Shown: positions 9,607-18,841 of the stretch, piece by piece | How positions within the stretch are numbered: position 1 is the stretch's first letter | How the letters are laid out: each line of letters begins with the position of its first letter | IMG/VR virus record: IMGVR_UViG_3300009184_000029 | Span: 1-64,000 of that record | Strand: one strand, 5' to 3' | DNA: 64,000 nt | Notes under the pieces: model-generated | Told to the model about the DNA's origin: nothing | The model's input: the letters and a program-made list of their open reading frames with translations, nothing else | Databases searched by the model: none | Position numbers and translations under genes: made by a program

Positions 9607-9903
9607 TTAGACCGTAAAATCTAAATATATCTCATCAAATTGATATCCTAAAGAATTAATCATTGAAGAAATTAAATCCTTTAGAAATTTCTTTAACCTA
9701 CCAAGACGACCATCCTTAACTTCCAATTTAACATGGATATAAATGTTACCAAACACTATTTTGTTAGAATATGATTTAGGTAGACAATCGATTTTTACTA
9801 TTTCGTATTTTGGTAATGGAAATCCATGATTTAATTCATAAGACTTTAAGTATTTACCTTCAATCTTTTTAATACTATTAATAAAAAATTCACCGTATGT
9901 CAT
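9607..9903 (-). CDS. Hypothetical protein
   Basis: ORF; divergent from 9944 with TATTTATA box on minus strand. Confidence 0.55.
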   Translation of the reverse strand: MTYGEFFINSIKKIEGKYLKSYELNHGFPLPKYEIVKIDCLPKSYSNKIVFGNIYIHVKLEVKDGRLGRLKKFLKDLISSMINSLGYQFDEIYLDFTV

Positions 9904-9931
9904 ATATTTTAAATACTAATTGTTTTATAAA

Positions 9932-9939
9932 TATTTATA
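9932..9939 (+). promoter_or_regulatory. Putative phage late promoter box TATTTATA
   Basis: 4 nt before ATG 9944; motif recurs before dozens of genes. Confidence 0.6.
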
Positions 9940-9943
9940 ATCA

Positions 9944-10912
9944 ATGAGACACAACAAAGAAACTCAAATTATTAATCATTTATTAGAAACATTCTCACCG
10001 AAAGAATTTTCAAATTTTAATCTATACCAAGAGTTAGGTGTATATACGTTAACTTTTGAGACAATTGACGACTTTAAAAATTCAACTAAAAGAGTTAAAA
10101 ATCTTATTAATTTTATTAATGAAAATTGGTATAACATAGGTAATAAAGATTTTGAATTTATACCTGTGTTAATTGATAAGGATATTATAAACGAAAATCA
10201 TGATAAAGTAAGTGATGAAGAAATAAGTAATAAAATATCAATTATAAACCGCAAAATTGACAGTTACCTCAAGTCAAAGTATCCTTGGTGGGGAAACAGT
10301 TATATTACATCATTTGAAGAAGCGACTCATAATAATAAATTAACTTTAATTATTGAAATTGATTTAGAATTAGATAAAAAATGGGTTGATAGAAGAATAT
10401 TAAAGATTTATGGTAGTGAAAGTAATCCTGAAGGATTTTATGACGAATTAGTTTTAAGTGATTTATTTACAACTAAAGAATATAAAAAAATTGAAGAAAA
10501 TATTGAAAACCTATTCACTGCAGTTTTCGGTAAAAAATTAAACTATACTGAATTTATAATTAACTGTAACATTGATTATGAACCAATTCATGAACAATTG
10601 ACTAATGATTATAAAAATTTAGAAACTAATTTACGTAAATATAAAAACGTCCAAATAGACCCTAAATCAGTATCACCTAGCAAAAATTTCCCATTATCTA
10701 AGTTTCAAAATAATTTAACTCCTGTTGATGAATTTATAAAAGAATTACAGAATACGGGATTTAAGTTTAAAAATTATTATATTAAAGATATGGAAAGTGG
10801 TATGGGATTTAATATTTTCCCAATATCCTACACAAATGGTAAATTAAATATGTCTTTTGAACCACTCTCACCCAATAAAAATGTTATGGTAACGTTTAAA
10901 AGTAATTTTTAA
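9944..10912 (+). CDS. Hypothetical protein
   Basis: 322-aa ORF with TATTTATA box. Confidence 0.65.
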   Translation: MRHNKETQIINHLLETFSPKEFSNFNLYQELGVYTLTFETIDDFKNSTKRVKNLINFINENWYNIGNKDFEFIPVLIDKDIINENHDKVSDEEISNKISIINRKIDSYLKSKYPWWGNSYITSFEEATHNNKLTLIIEIDLELDKKWVDRRILKIYGSESNPEGFYDELVLSDLFTTKEYKKIEENIENLFTAVFGKKLNYTEFIINCNIDYEPIHEQLTNDYKNLETNLRKYKNVQIDPKSVSPSKNFPLSKFQNNLTPVDEFIKELQNTGFKFKNYYIKDMESGMGFNIFPISYTNGKLNMSFEPLSPNKNVMVTFKSNF

Positions 10913-10934
10913 TATTTATTATTTAAATAAAAGA

Positions 10935-12083
10935 ATGAGGCAAATTATAAAAAAGATACTAAAAGAAGAAGTTTTATTAAAGGAAGCAATTGAACATTTT
11001 GGTAGGTCATATTCTTATAAAGATATGAAATCAACAAGTTATAATGGTAATAATTATACTTGGTTTAATAAAATAAATGAGATTCCTTCTGAAGGTAAAT
11101 TATTTGATTTTAGTGATGATGCCTTTGAGCCAGAGATGGTAGTATTTACAAAGTTAGAAGGTAAGAATGGTAATTTTATTTTTAACAGCTCAGACTTAAA
11201 ACCAAATAAAAATGGGGATGGATTAAGTATACTGACTTCTAAATTAGTTAAAAAGTATCCTGATATATCTAAAAATTCTGAAAATATTGATTATGTTCAG
11301 GTTGCAATGAAGATTAAAAAGGACACTGCTAAAAGATACCAAAAGAAAATTAGACAAATATTTAGAGAAATATTCACACCATTAAATTTGTATGGTGTGT
11401 CAGATTCTTCACCTGACTGTGAAACAAATGAAGGAGTTATAAATTTCAAAGGAATTAATTATGGTAGAGATAATAAATTAGTTTCTAATTGGTCTGTATT
11501 AAACTATTTCGATACTAATTCAGGTGTTATAGAATACCTTCTTGAAAAATTTATGGAATCAGATGAAGGAAAACAAGTAGGTAAAGTAACAGATTTAAAT
11601 TTCGACACTACTGTTAATAAATTCGTTAAATGGTTGTATACTAATAAGGATAGTTTATTTAATCCTAAGTCAAAAGTTTTAGATGACCTTGAAGAAATAA
11701 ATTTAAGGACTATTAAAATAGGTGTACAAAATGAGCAAAGAGCAATCCCTGTTCTATTTAAATTACATAATATAGATGATAGTGGGATAACTCAGTATTG
11801 TCCTGGTTCAAAACAGGATACCTTATATGGAAGGGATTTTAAAATTAATACGGAAGAAAACTTACATTATCAAATAAAACCATTAAGAGGTTTGGTTAAA
11901 GTTGAGGGTGACAATTATATAATTAGAACATCTAATTTTAAGAAATACGGTAATACAGTCCAAAGGTTAATGTTCATCTCGGATAATAACTATTATGTCT
12001 TTAATAATGGAAACTACACTATAAATAACTATGGTGACGTTGTTACTTTTACTGAAAAGCCAATCGCTGAAGGTAAAATATAA
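10935..12083 (+). CDS. Leader-bearing protein (MRQIIKKILKEE) with possible C-terminal PD-(D/E)xK-like nuclease motif
   Basis: Leader motif; GVQNEQRA...QDTLYGRDF...YQIKP fits an E...D..G.D...QxK pattern. Confidence 0.5.
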   Translation: MRQIIKKILKEEVLLKEAIEHFGRSYSYKDMKSTSYNGNNYTWFNKINEIPSEGKLFDFSDDAFEPEMVVFTKLEGKNGNFIFNSSDLKPNKNGDGLSILTSKLVKKYPDISKNSENIDYVQVAMKIKKDTAKRYQKKIRQIFREIFTPLNLYGVSDSSPDCETNEGVINFKGINYGRDNKLVSNWSVLNYFDTNSGVIEYLLEKFMESDEGKQVGKVTDLNFDTTVNKFVKWLYTNKDSLFNPKSKVLDDLEEINLRTIKIGVQNEQRAIPVLFKLHNIDDSGITQYCPGSKQDTLYGRDFKINTEENLHYQIKPLRGLVKVEGDNYIIRTSNFKKYGNTVQRLMFISDNNYYVFNNGNYTINNYGDVVTFTEKPIAEGKI

Positions 12084-12103
12084 ATTCTCAAATATTTATT
12101 AGT

Positions 12104-12547
12104 ATGAGTCTGTTTAGCCAACTAAATAGAATTAAAGAGATAATGTTAGAATCTGAATCTAACGTTAAAATTTTTAAGTCTTTAAATTCTGACGGTGTTC
12201 ACTTCAAAGTTGGTGACAGTAATAAAACGTATGGAAGTTGTTCATTAAAGGATTTTGAAAATGCTTTAGAGTCTGAATTATTCCTTACATTTTTTAATAC
12301 TGACAAATTCAATAACAAAAATTCATACTATCTCGAAAATTTAGAGATAACCCCCAATTACAGGGGTAAGGGTTACTCCCATAAACTTTTAGATTCATGT
12401 AAACAGGAAAGCGTAAAAAACAAAAAAAAATTCATCATCATTATTGTTGATAATGATAATTTGGTGGCTAAGAACCTTTATGACAAACAAGGTTTTGTTA
12501 AGTCTGAAAGTAGTGGTAATAAATCATTATATTACTTAAAGACATAA
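12104..12547 (+). CDS. GNAT acetyltransferase with N-terminal leader (LNRIKEIMLES)
   Basis: YLENLEITPNYRGKGYSHKLL acetyl-CoA motif A; NLVAKNLYDKQGF motif B. Confidence 0.8.
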   Translation: MSLFSQLNRIKEIMLESESNVKIFKSLNSDGVHFKVGDSNKTYGSCSLKDFENALESELFLTFFNTDKFNNKNSYYLENLEITPNYRGKGYSHKLLDSCKQESVKNKKKFIIIIVDNDNLVAKNLYDKQGFVKSESSGNKSLYYLKT

Positions 12548-12567
12548 TCCTTTTTAAAAACAAAAAA

Positions 12568-12867
12568 ATGAAGACGGTAGGAAATGAAGTTGATAAGATA
12601 AGAAAAATAATGGGATTTATTTTAGAATCAAAAAAAATAGATAGACCTTATTCTGAAAAAAACAAAGTTAATTATAACAAAATGAAACATTCTGATGATT
12701 ATGTTGAACATCCTGATTTTAATCAAAAATTTGATTATATCGAGGAGATTGACCAAATTATAGAAAAATGGTCAGAGAAGTATAAAATGAGTATAGACTG
12801 TGATAACCCTAAAGGATTCTCCCAAAGAGCTCACTGTAAAGGTAAGAGTGGTAGAAGAAAAAAATAA
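12568..12867 (+). CDS. Leader-bearing small protein with CDNPKGFSQRAHC motif
   Basis: KIRKIMGFILES leader; C-terminal Cys/His motif recalled from phage head-associated proteins. Confidence 0.6.
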   Translation: MKTVGNEVDKIRKIMGFILESKKIDRPYSEKNKVNYNKMKHSDDYVEHPDFNQKFDYIEEIDQIIEKWSEKYKMSIDCDNPKGFSQRAHCKGKSGRRKK

Positions 12868-12872
12868 ATATT

Positions 12873-12900
12873 AAATCCCCCATTAATGGGGGATTTTTTT
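12873..12900. terminator. Bidirectional terminator
   Basis: AAATCCCCCA-TTAA-TGGGGGATTTTTTT between convergent genes. Confidence 0.85.
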
Positions 12901-12901
12901 A

Positions 12902-13150
12902 TTATAAACTATATACCTGTTTGTATTTGTTACCTAACAATTGTAAAGCTTTCTCGATTGCTGAGGACTTACTCTTCAACCCATTACCAACTATTTTCTT
13001 TGAATGGTAGATTATGAACTCACTAGAAACTACTTCACCTATTAACCATTTACTTTTACTTTCTTTTGCTGGTTTAAGAGTGTCTTTAATGTAGATGTCA
13101 TAAAATCCAACTTTACAAACATAACGACCTTTTGATGTTTTTTTTCCCAT
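12902..13150 (-). CDS. Hypothetical protein
   Basis: ORF with TATATTTG box upstream. Confidence 0.6.
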   Translation of the reverse strand: MGKKTSKGRYVCKVGFYDIYIKDTLKPAKESKSKWLIGEVVSSEFIIYHSKKIVGNGLKSKSSAIEKALQLLGNKYKQVYSL

Positions 13151-13179
13151 TTTTAAATGTTTTAAATATTAATAATGTT

Positions 13180-13187
13180 CAAATATA
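13180..13187 (-). promoter_or_regulatory. Bacteroidota sigma-A type -7 box (TATATTTG)
   Basis: Matches TAnnTTTG consensus upstream of 13150. Confidence 0.6.
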
Positions 13188-13226
13188 AATGTAAAAAATT
13201 AATATGTCTAATACTATTTATTAATA

Positions 13227-13592
13227 ATGAAAATTTTAATTGAATCATCGCAGATTGAGAGGTTAAAGAATTATATTACATCATATTTAGATATGATTTT
13301 TATTGCGGATGAACTATATTGGACTTATGACCACGATGAGGATGGTAATCCTGATGAAAATAAGTACATTTTCTATAGAGGAGATTTTTCAAATCAAGAC
13401 ATAGTTTTTGAGTGGATTGGTAAAGATTATTTTGGTTCAGAAGAAATTAAAAAAAATGCCCCAATAGTGTTAATAAACACTGAACAAGTGATTGATTTAG
13501 AATCTATGTTTGGAGATTTTTGGAAACCTGTATTTAAAGAATGGTTTAAGGAGAATTTTAATTTAGATGTTAAAACTGTAAATAAAGAATGA
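13227..13592 (+). CDS. Paralogue-family protein with MKILIESSQ leader
   Basis: Leader class A; ends ...FKEWFKENFNLDVKTV, similar to family C-terminal motif. Confidence 0.65.
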   Translation: MKILIESSQIERLKNYITSYLDMIFIADELYWTYDHDEDGNPDENKYIFYRGDFSNQDIVFEWIGKDYFGSEEIKKNAPIVLINTEQVIDLESMFGDFWKPVFKEWFKENFNLDVKTVNKE

Positions 13593-13631
13593 AATTGTAT
13601 TAAATTTACATGAACCCAACATTTACTAAAA

Positions 13632-13955
13632 ATGATTTTAACTACTGAAATATTAAATAAAATACTCAATTCGGATTTCATCAAAAATATCTATCCGATG
13701 ATTGACCATATTAAATCTCATATTATGTGGGATGGTGATGAAACATATCCGATGTATGATATTACTTTGAAAATATATGTGAATGACCCTGATATGACGG
13801 CTTCCAACATGTATGACAAAGGATTGGACCCACATTATTTAATTGATAAGTATATGATTTTATTGATTAAATTTTTAGGTTCGGCAAGAAATGAAATTTC
13901 TCAAATATATGTTAGTGTTATAGGTCCTGATGGTGAAATAATTTATGGTATATGA
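13632..13955 (+). CDS. Hypothetical protein
   Basis: ORF; IYPMIDHI and DPHYLID motifs. Confidence 0.6.
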   Translation: MILTTEILNKILNSDFIKNIYPMIDHIKSHIMWDGDETYPMYDITLKIYVNDPDMTASNMYDKGLDPHYLIDKYMILLIKFLGSARNEISQIYVSVIGPDGEIIYGI

Positions 13956-13959
13956 TAAT

Positions 13960-14523
13960 ATGAAAGATTTAATAAAAAAAATATTAAAAGAAGAGACGGA
14001 TATTATGGACTCTTTTACTTATTTTGAAACGTCAAAGGGTTCAAAGTATATTATAAATGACAAAGGACAATTAAGAAGATGGAAGTCTTATCACGAAAAC
14101 ACATCAGGTGAAGATATGGGATTACACTCTTGGAGTGATTTATCATTCTTTGTTGACCCATCTTATTATAGTAGTGTAAGTTCTTTTGAACAATTAAATA
14201 CTAACAAAGGATACAAAGTTGCTATAAGTAAAGATGCTGAAGGTAAAATGTTTTACATGATTTTTGATAACAATCAATGGAGACCTGCGAAATGGGAAGA
14301 TGCGTTCCCTACATATGTGAAAAACAATCCTGAATTAAAAAATAAGGTATTAAGTTGGAGATACGTAAGAGAACCTAAAATTGGGTATAATGTTGTTGAT
14401 GTCTCGTTCAAAAAACAAGGTTCAACACAACTATCAAGTTTTCACATAGGTAATACCGTATCAAGAATTGAGGATAGAATACCTGATGATGAAAGAAATT
14501 TATTTACTGGTAAACGTTCTTAA
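13960..14523 (+). CDS. Leader-bearing protein (MKDLIKKILKEE)
   Basis: Leader class B; start reassigned to the leader Met. Confidence 0.65.
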   Translation: MKDLIKKILKEETDIMDSFTYFETSKGSKYIINDKGQLRRWKSYHENTSGEDMGLHSWSDLSFFVDPSYYSSVSSFEQLNTNKGYKVAISKDAEGKMFYMIFDNNQWRPAKWEDAFPTYVKNNPELKNKVLSWRYVREPKIGYNVVDVSFKKQGSTQLSSFHIGNTVSRIEDRIPDDERNLFTGKRS

Positions 14524-14842
14524 CTTTAATGTCACTACGTAAATAATCAGGTGCCGCCCAAATATCAGATACTAAAATTTCTTTACTATTTAATAACCAT
14601 TTCATTATTAAATCTAAACAGTAAGTTTTTTTGATTGAGAAAAACTTACAGATTTCATTAACTAACATATAGTTAACTTCACAAAAACCATCTTCTTTAT
14701 CTATACATATTTGTGAAAATTCATCACCAACTGAATTTACAAAATATATTTTATTTGGACTATCTAAAGTAATTAAATCTTGGTTATTTAAGTATTTTAA
14801 AATAAACGATTCTATTTGTGATTCTTTAATTATTATTCTCAT
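14504..14842 (-). CDS. Paralogue-family protein (MRIIIKESQ)
   Basis: Aligns by eye with 21969, 24100, 24409 (YLNNQD...YFVNS.GDEF.QI...FFS). Confidence 0.75.
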   Translation of the reverse strand: MRIIIKESQIESFILKYLNNQDLITLDSPNKIYFVNSVGDEFSQICIDKEDGFCEVNYMLVNEICKFFSIKKTYCLDLIMKWLLNSKEILVSDIWAAPDYLRSDIKVKNVYQ

Positions 14843-14843
14843 A

Positions 14844-15245
14844 TTATACAAAGACTACACTTTTTATACCCATAACATTATTTTCGGGGAAATATTGACT
14901 ATAAATATCCTGTATTATGTACTTACCATGTATTGACCATAATGGGTGAGGGAGAAATGACTCAAATAATTTATCTAATTCACGACTATAATAAATTTCA
15001 CCATTACGACTTATCTTATCTAAATATCTGTATGGTACGAACAATATTAATATTTTACCATCTGAACCAAGTAGAGCAATTTTATTGTTATCATCTTCAT
15101 TATATGATTTAATCATATTTGAGATTAAAGGAATCAGTTTATTACTTAGTTTAGAGTACTGATGCTCATATTCCTTATCACGCCAATCCCTCTCAATTTT
15201 TTCAGAAATTAATTTATATTGTGATTCGGTGATGATGTATTTCAT
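14844..15245 (-). CDS. Leader-bearing protein (MKYIITESQ)
   Basis: Leader class A; TATTTATA 5 nt upstream on minus strand. Confidence 0.7.
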   Translation of the reverse strand: MKYIITESQYKLISEKIERDWRDKEYEHQYSKLSNKLIPLISNMIKSYNEDDNNKIALLGSDGKILILFVPYRYLDKISRNGEIYYSRELDKLFESFLPHPLWSIHGKYIIQDIYSQYFPENNVMGIKSVVFV

Positions 15246-15264
15246 ATGATTATAAATACAAGTA

Positions 15265-15272
15265 TATTTATA
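15265..15272 (+). promoter_or_regulatory. Putative late promoter box TATTTATA (divergent partner at 15251-15258 on minus strand)
   Basis: Each box lies 5 nt from the ATG of its gene (15278 plus, 15245 minus). Confidence 0.6.
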
Positions 15273-15277
15273 ATAGT

Positions 15278-15892
15278 ATGAACCTAAAGGAATCCATAAG
15301 AAGAATATTAAAAGAAGAAAGGAATGTTAAAAACACATTAGTGAAACTTATTGATGAGTTTGGTATTGAACAAGCCTCCAAAATTACCGCGATTTCTATC
15401 ACAAAATTAGTTCAACTATCTGATGTAAAAATTAATAATGTAATTGCTAATAAACTATTAGTTGAAAATTTAAACAAGGGTAAATTAAAAGATACCTATA
15501 AACAATTCAAGATAGAATCAAGTATAAATGATGTTTTTTATTGGCAAGGTGAATTACAAACAGGACACTATACTGATAAATACACTGAATCAATTACAGC
15601 AATGGCGACACCATTTTGGGATGGTGAAGATTATACTCCTGTTGAGATTGAGTGGTTTACTCTATTGGACAGAAGTAAACCAAATGAAGTGAAGATGGTT
15701 GTTGAGACAGAGGGTTATGGAAGTTTTTACCAAACATTTAAAGATAAAACAAGTTTTGATAGTGTAGAAGAGTTATTTAATTGGTATGAAAAAGTTTATT
15801 TACCTGGTGTATATAACATAATAATGCACTTATTACCTGAAGTGCATATTTTTATTGATGAAAAATTAGATGAGGATAGAAGAGACAATTAA
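15278..15892 (+). CDS. Leader-bearing protein (MNLKESIRRILKEE)
   Basis: Leader class B; body resembles 24774. Confidence 0.7.
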   Translation: MNLKESIRRILKEERNVKNTLVKLIDEFGIEQASKITAISITKLVQLSDVKINNVIANKLLVENLNKGKLKDTYKQFKIESSINDVFYWQGELQTGHYTDKYTESITAMATPFWDGEDYTPVEIEWFTLLDRSKPNEVKMVVETEGYGSFYQTFKDKTSFDSVEELFNWYEKVYLPGVYNIIMHLLPEVHIFIDEKLDEDRRDN

Positions 15893-16316
15893 AAGAATAT
15901 TAAGAGAGGAAACTCAGATACCTTCACCGATTAGAAGAAGGGTGTCAAATTCGGATATCGAAGAAGCGTTCCTTATTTCATTAGATAGAATAGACGATGG
16001 ACGAAAATATAGTAAAATGTCAGTAATGAAAAATGTATCATTACAGACATTTGCCAAAATGGTAATTGATGATATGATTTCGGATTTAGAACAAGAATAT
16101 TTTAATGATGAGAACAGGATTTATTTTGATAATGACGAAACATATCACGAAGAAATTAGAGTACCACTTATGAACTATTTTAGTGATAGAATTAAGAAAA
16201 GATATGGCTCAAAAGACGAAAAAATTGTGTGTCAGGAATGCGGATGGTCGTGGAATTTATCTGATGGAGGAGATGACCCATATACTTGTCATCAGTGTTA
16301 CCCCGAAAACATGTAA
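15870..16316 (+). CDS. Leader-bearing protein with C-terminal zinc ribbon (CQECG...CHQC)
   Basis: IKRILREE leader; IRRRVS motif shared with 19597; CxxC-x14-CxxC. Confidence 0.7.
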   Translation: MRIEETIKRILREETQIPSPIRRRVSNSDIEEAFLISLDRIDDGRKYSKMSVMKNVSLQTFAKMVIDDMISDLEQEYFNDENRIYFDNDETYHEEIRVPLMNYFSDRIKKRYGSKDEKIVCQECGWSWNLSDGGDDPYTCHQCYPENM

Positions 16317-16400
16317 ATTAATATGAAACTACAAGATAGGATTATACAAATTTACAATAAAAGAGAGTGGACTTAGGACCGCTGTAGTTTAGGCTACATT

Positions 16401-16433
16401 AACCCCATTGAATTCGCTACTCAGTGGGGTTTT
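16401..16433 (+). terminator. Terminator-like hairpin, part of a larger structured intergenic element
   Basis: ACCCCATTGA / TCAGTGGGGT stem, 9-nt loop, followed by TTT. Confidence 0.65.
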
Positions 16434-16445
16434 CATTTGAACAAG

Positions 16446-16453
16446 TATTTATA
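16446..16453 (+). promoter_or_regulatory. Putative late promoter box TATTTATA heading the cassette operon
   Basis: 5 nt before ATG 16459. Confidence 0.6.
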
Positions 16454-16458
16454 ATAAA

Positions 16459-17349
16459 ATGAATCTACAAGAGAATATACAAAGAATTAAAGAAATGATG
16501 GGACTCATTACCGAAGAAAAAAAAGATAAAACCATTGTTCTTTTGGATGGTACCTCGTCTGCTGGTAAATCACATACACTTAAACATTTAAAGGCCGTTC
16601 CGTATTACGAAGCGAATGACCCAAACCAATTGGTTGTTATTGCAACTGATGATTTTAGTGGAACAGGTGAAGGTGAAGGTAAAGAAGGTGAAGAAAGAAG
16701 ATTAAAATTGGACCACCCCAATATAAGACAATGGGCGAAGGAAAATGAAGATGCTGGAGTTGTATCAGGAAAATATCGTAAAGATGGTAAAGATGTACCT
16801 AAAAATCCATACGAGAAAGAATATATTGAAGGGACTGACCCAAGATTATGGTATGTGGCTCAAGAAATTAAAACAGGTCCTTGGAAAAAAATTGTAATAG
16901 ACGATATTGGTAAAGGAGTATTACAATACTTACCTGGTGTTAAATTAAAATATATTCTGTTACACACTCCATTACATGTTCTTTTAAAGAATGTCTACGA
17001 AAGAAATGAAAGGGCGAAAAATGATAAGAACTTCAAAAATGATGATAGGGATATTAAAATGGTGTTAGACCAATACTCGGAGAAATATGAGGCAACAAAG
17101 TCCAAACCTGATATTACTAAAGGGGACCCAAAAACAATATTAACTAAGAGAGGTATTACAGATTTACTTGAGACAAATGGTGTGAAGAATAAACACATAG
17201 ATGAGTTTTTAAATAGTATAAATTTAACTAAAGATGGAGATTACTACATCAAAGTTAGGGATTCATATTTGACACCTGAAACACAATTAATTAATGTTGA
17301 TAGTAAAAGAACTGTCTATTTAAAAGATATTGATAAAGAATTAAAATGA
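16459..17349 (+). CDS. Leader-bearing P-loop kinase (chloramphenicol phosphotransferase-like)
   Basis: MNLQENIQRIKEMMGLITEE leader; LLDGTSSAGKS Walker A of CPT-like type; IVIDD; lid RNER. Confidence 0.7.
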   Translation: MNLQENIQRIKEMMGLITEEKKDKTIVLLDGTSSAGKSHTLKHLKAVPYYEANDPNQLVVIATDDFSGTGEGEGKEGEERRLKLDHPNIRQWAKENEDAGVVSGKYRKDGKDVPKNPYEKEYIEGTDPRLWYVAQEIKTGPWKKIVIDDIGKGVLQYLPGVKLKYILLHTPLHVLLKNVYERNERAKNDKNFKNDDRDIKMVLDQYSEKYEATKSKPDITKGDPKTILTKRGITDLLETNGVKNKHIDEFLNSINLTKDGDYYIKVRDSYLTPETQLINVDSKRTVYLKDIDKELK

Positions 17350-17981
17350 GTTTAATACAAACCATAAAAAAAATATTAAGGGAAGAGGTCAATGAGGCCT
17401 ATTTAAAACCAAGTGAAAAATCCGAGAAATTTATTTTGGATAGATTGAATGCTATGGCTTTAGGTGCTGAAATATACCACCTTGAAAGTTATAAAACAAG
17501 ACATGATTTTGAGTTTTGTAAAAATGGAAAACAAATAATGAATCTTGCATTGTTCTTTGAAGAAACTGACGATAACACCCCAACGTCTGAAAGAAAATTT
17601 GAATCTTCAACATTATCAATACAAGAAGATTTTGTTGGTGGGATATTAAAGACTTTTCCTGTTAGAAGAAATTATCTTTATTACATGATTGAAGAATGGT
17701 TTGAGGATACTTTTTTAAGTGAAATCTCAAATATGATAGGTAGAAATGATATATCTGTTGAAGAATTATCATTTAATGATAGGACATATGCGTGTGTCCC
17801 ACCAATTAAAGAAGTACCTGAAGGAGTTACTCAAGACGAGATGATTAAGGTTATTATGAACAATACACTATGGCGTAAAAAAGATTTATTAGCGTTAGAA
17901 GAAAGAGAACCTGGGTCTATAGAATTTTTTTATTTACAAAAACTTCGTAATAATGAGGTTAATAGATTAGATAATAGATAA
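17346..17981 (+). CDS. Leader-bearing hypothetical protein (IKKILREEVNE)
   Basis: Leader class B; overlap with previous gene. Confidence 0.65.
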   Translation: MSLIQTIKKILREEVNEAYLKPSEKSEKFILDRLNAMALGAEIYHLESYKTRHDFEFCKNGKQIMNLALFFEETDDNTPTSERKFESSTLSIQEDFVGGILKTFPVRRNYLYYMIEEWFEDTFLSEISNMIGRNDISVEELSFNDRTYACVPPIKEVPEGVTQDEMIKVIMNNTLWRKKDLLALEEREPGSIEFFYLQKLRNNEVNRLDNR

Positions 17982-17982
17982 T

Positions 17983-18396
17983 ATGAACCTACAGGAACAC
18001 ATAAGAAGAGTATTAAGGGAAGAACTATATTCTCCATCAGGAGATGAATATACACCTGGCAAATTTGTTGTTCATAAATCAAATCCTATATGGAGAGAGA
18101 ACATAGAACTTACAGGTTTACAAACGTATGTGGGTGATTGTTACCAACAACATGTGGGAGGAGATGTGGAATGTAAACCATCAATATTTGCAACAGACTC
18201 ATTAAATAAAAAACAAATGTTTGATTCAACCTATGATGATGATATATGGGTTATTGATACAGAATGTGCGGGAGTTACTTGGTATAAAGATAAACATTTT
18301 GAGGGTGGAGATTACAAACACCATATAGTTACATTTGATGACATATCGACTGATTGTTTAAGATTAATACATAAGGGAACAGGGAAAAGTAATTAA
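17983..18396 (+). CDS. Leader-bearing protein, possible ADP-ribosyltransferase fold
   Basis: MNLQEHIRRVLREE leader; VVHKS...IELTGL...SIFAT...WVIDT pattern. Confidence 0.5.
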   Translation: MNLQEHIRRVLREELYSPSGDEYTPGKFVVHKSNPIWRENIELTGLQTYVGDCYQQHVGGDVECKPSIFATDSLNKKQMFDSTYDDDIWVIDTECAGVTWYKDKHFEGGDYKHHIVTFDDISTDCLRLIHKGTGKSN

Positions 18397-18397
18397 T

Positions 18398-18841
18398 ATG
18401 AATCTACAAGAACAAATATCAAGAATACAATCAATGATGGGGGTTATTAATGAAGGATTACACGACACATCATGGGAAAATGATGAGGGCGATAAAGTTA
18501 CTTTAATAGACTTACTAAATGCAACCAAAGACATACCCGTTAAGAAAATTTCTGTGAACAAGATTAAGTCCAAGTTATTAACGTGGGGTGATGATGAAAA
18601 AGAAATTGCCAAAATAGAAAAGTCTAACTTAAAATATCCGATATTAATATTTGTTGATGACAATAATAAATTCATTTCAATTATAGATGGTCATCATAGA
18701 GGGCAAAAAGCCGTAAAACACAAATTAAAAAAAATCAAAGCAAAGTTAATACCAATTAACTCTTTGCCCAAAGATATAAAAAAAGTATTTAATCGCATGA
18801 ATCAAAATGAACCTACAAGAAGAAATATCAAGAATACATGA
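18398..18841 (+). CDS. Leader-bearing ParB/Srx-like domain protein
   Basis: MNLQEQISRIQSMMGVINE leader; KYPILI...IIDGHHR motif. Confidence 0.7.
   Translation: MNLQEQISRIQSMMGVINEGLHDTSWENDEGDKVTLIDLLNATKDIPVKKISVNKIKSKLLTWGDDEKEIAKIEKSNLKYPILIFVDDNNKFISIIDGHHRGQKAVKHKLKKIKAKLIPINSLPKDIKKVFNRMNQNEPTRRNIKNT

Noticed and set aside
16361-16434. HDV-like/theta ribozyme suggested by GCGAAT on the minus strand
   Set aside because: The motif falls at the 5' side of the structured segment on that strand, so the nested double-pseudoknot order cannot be built.
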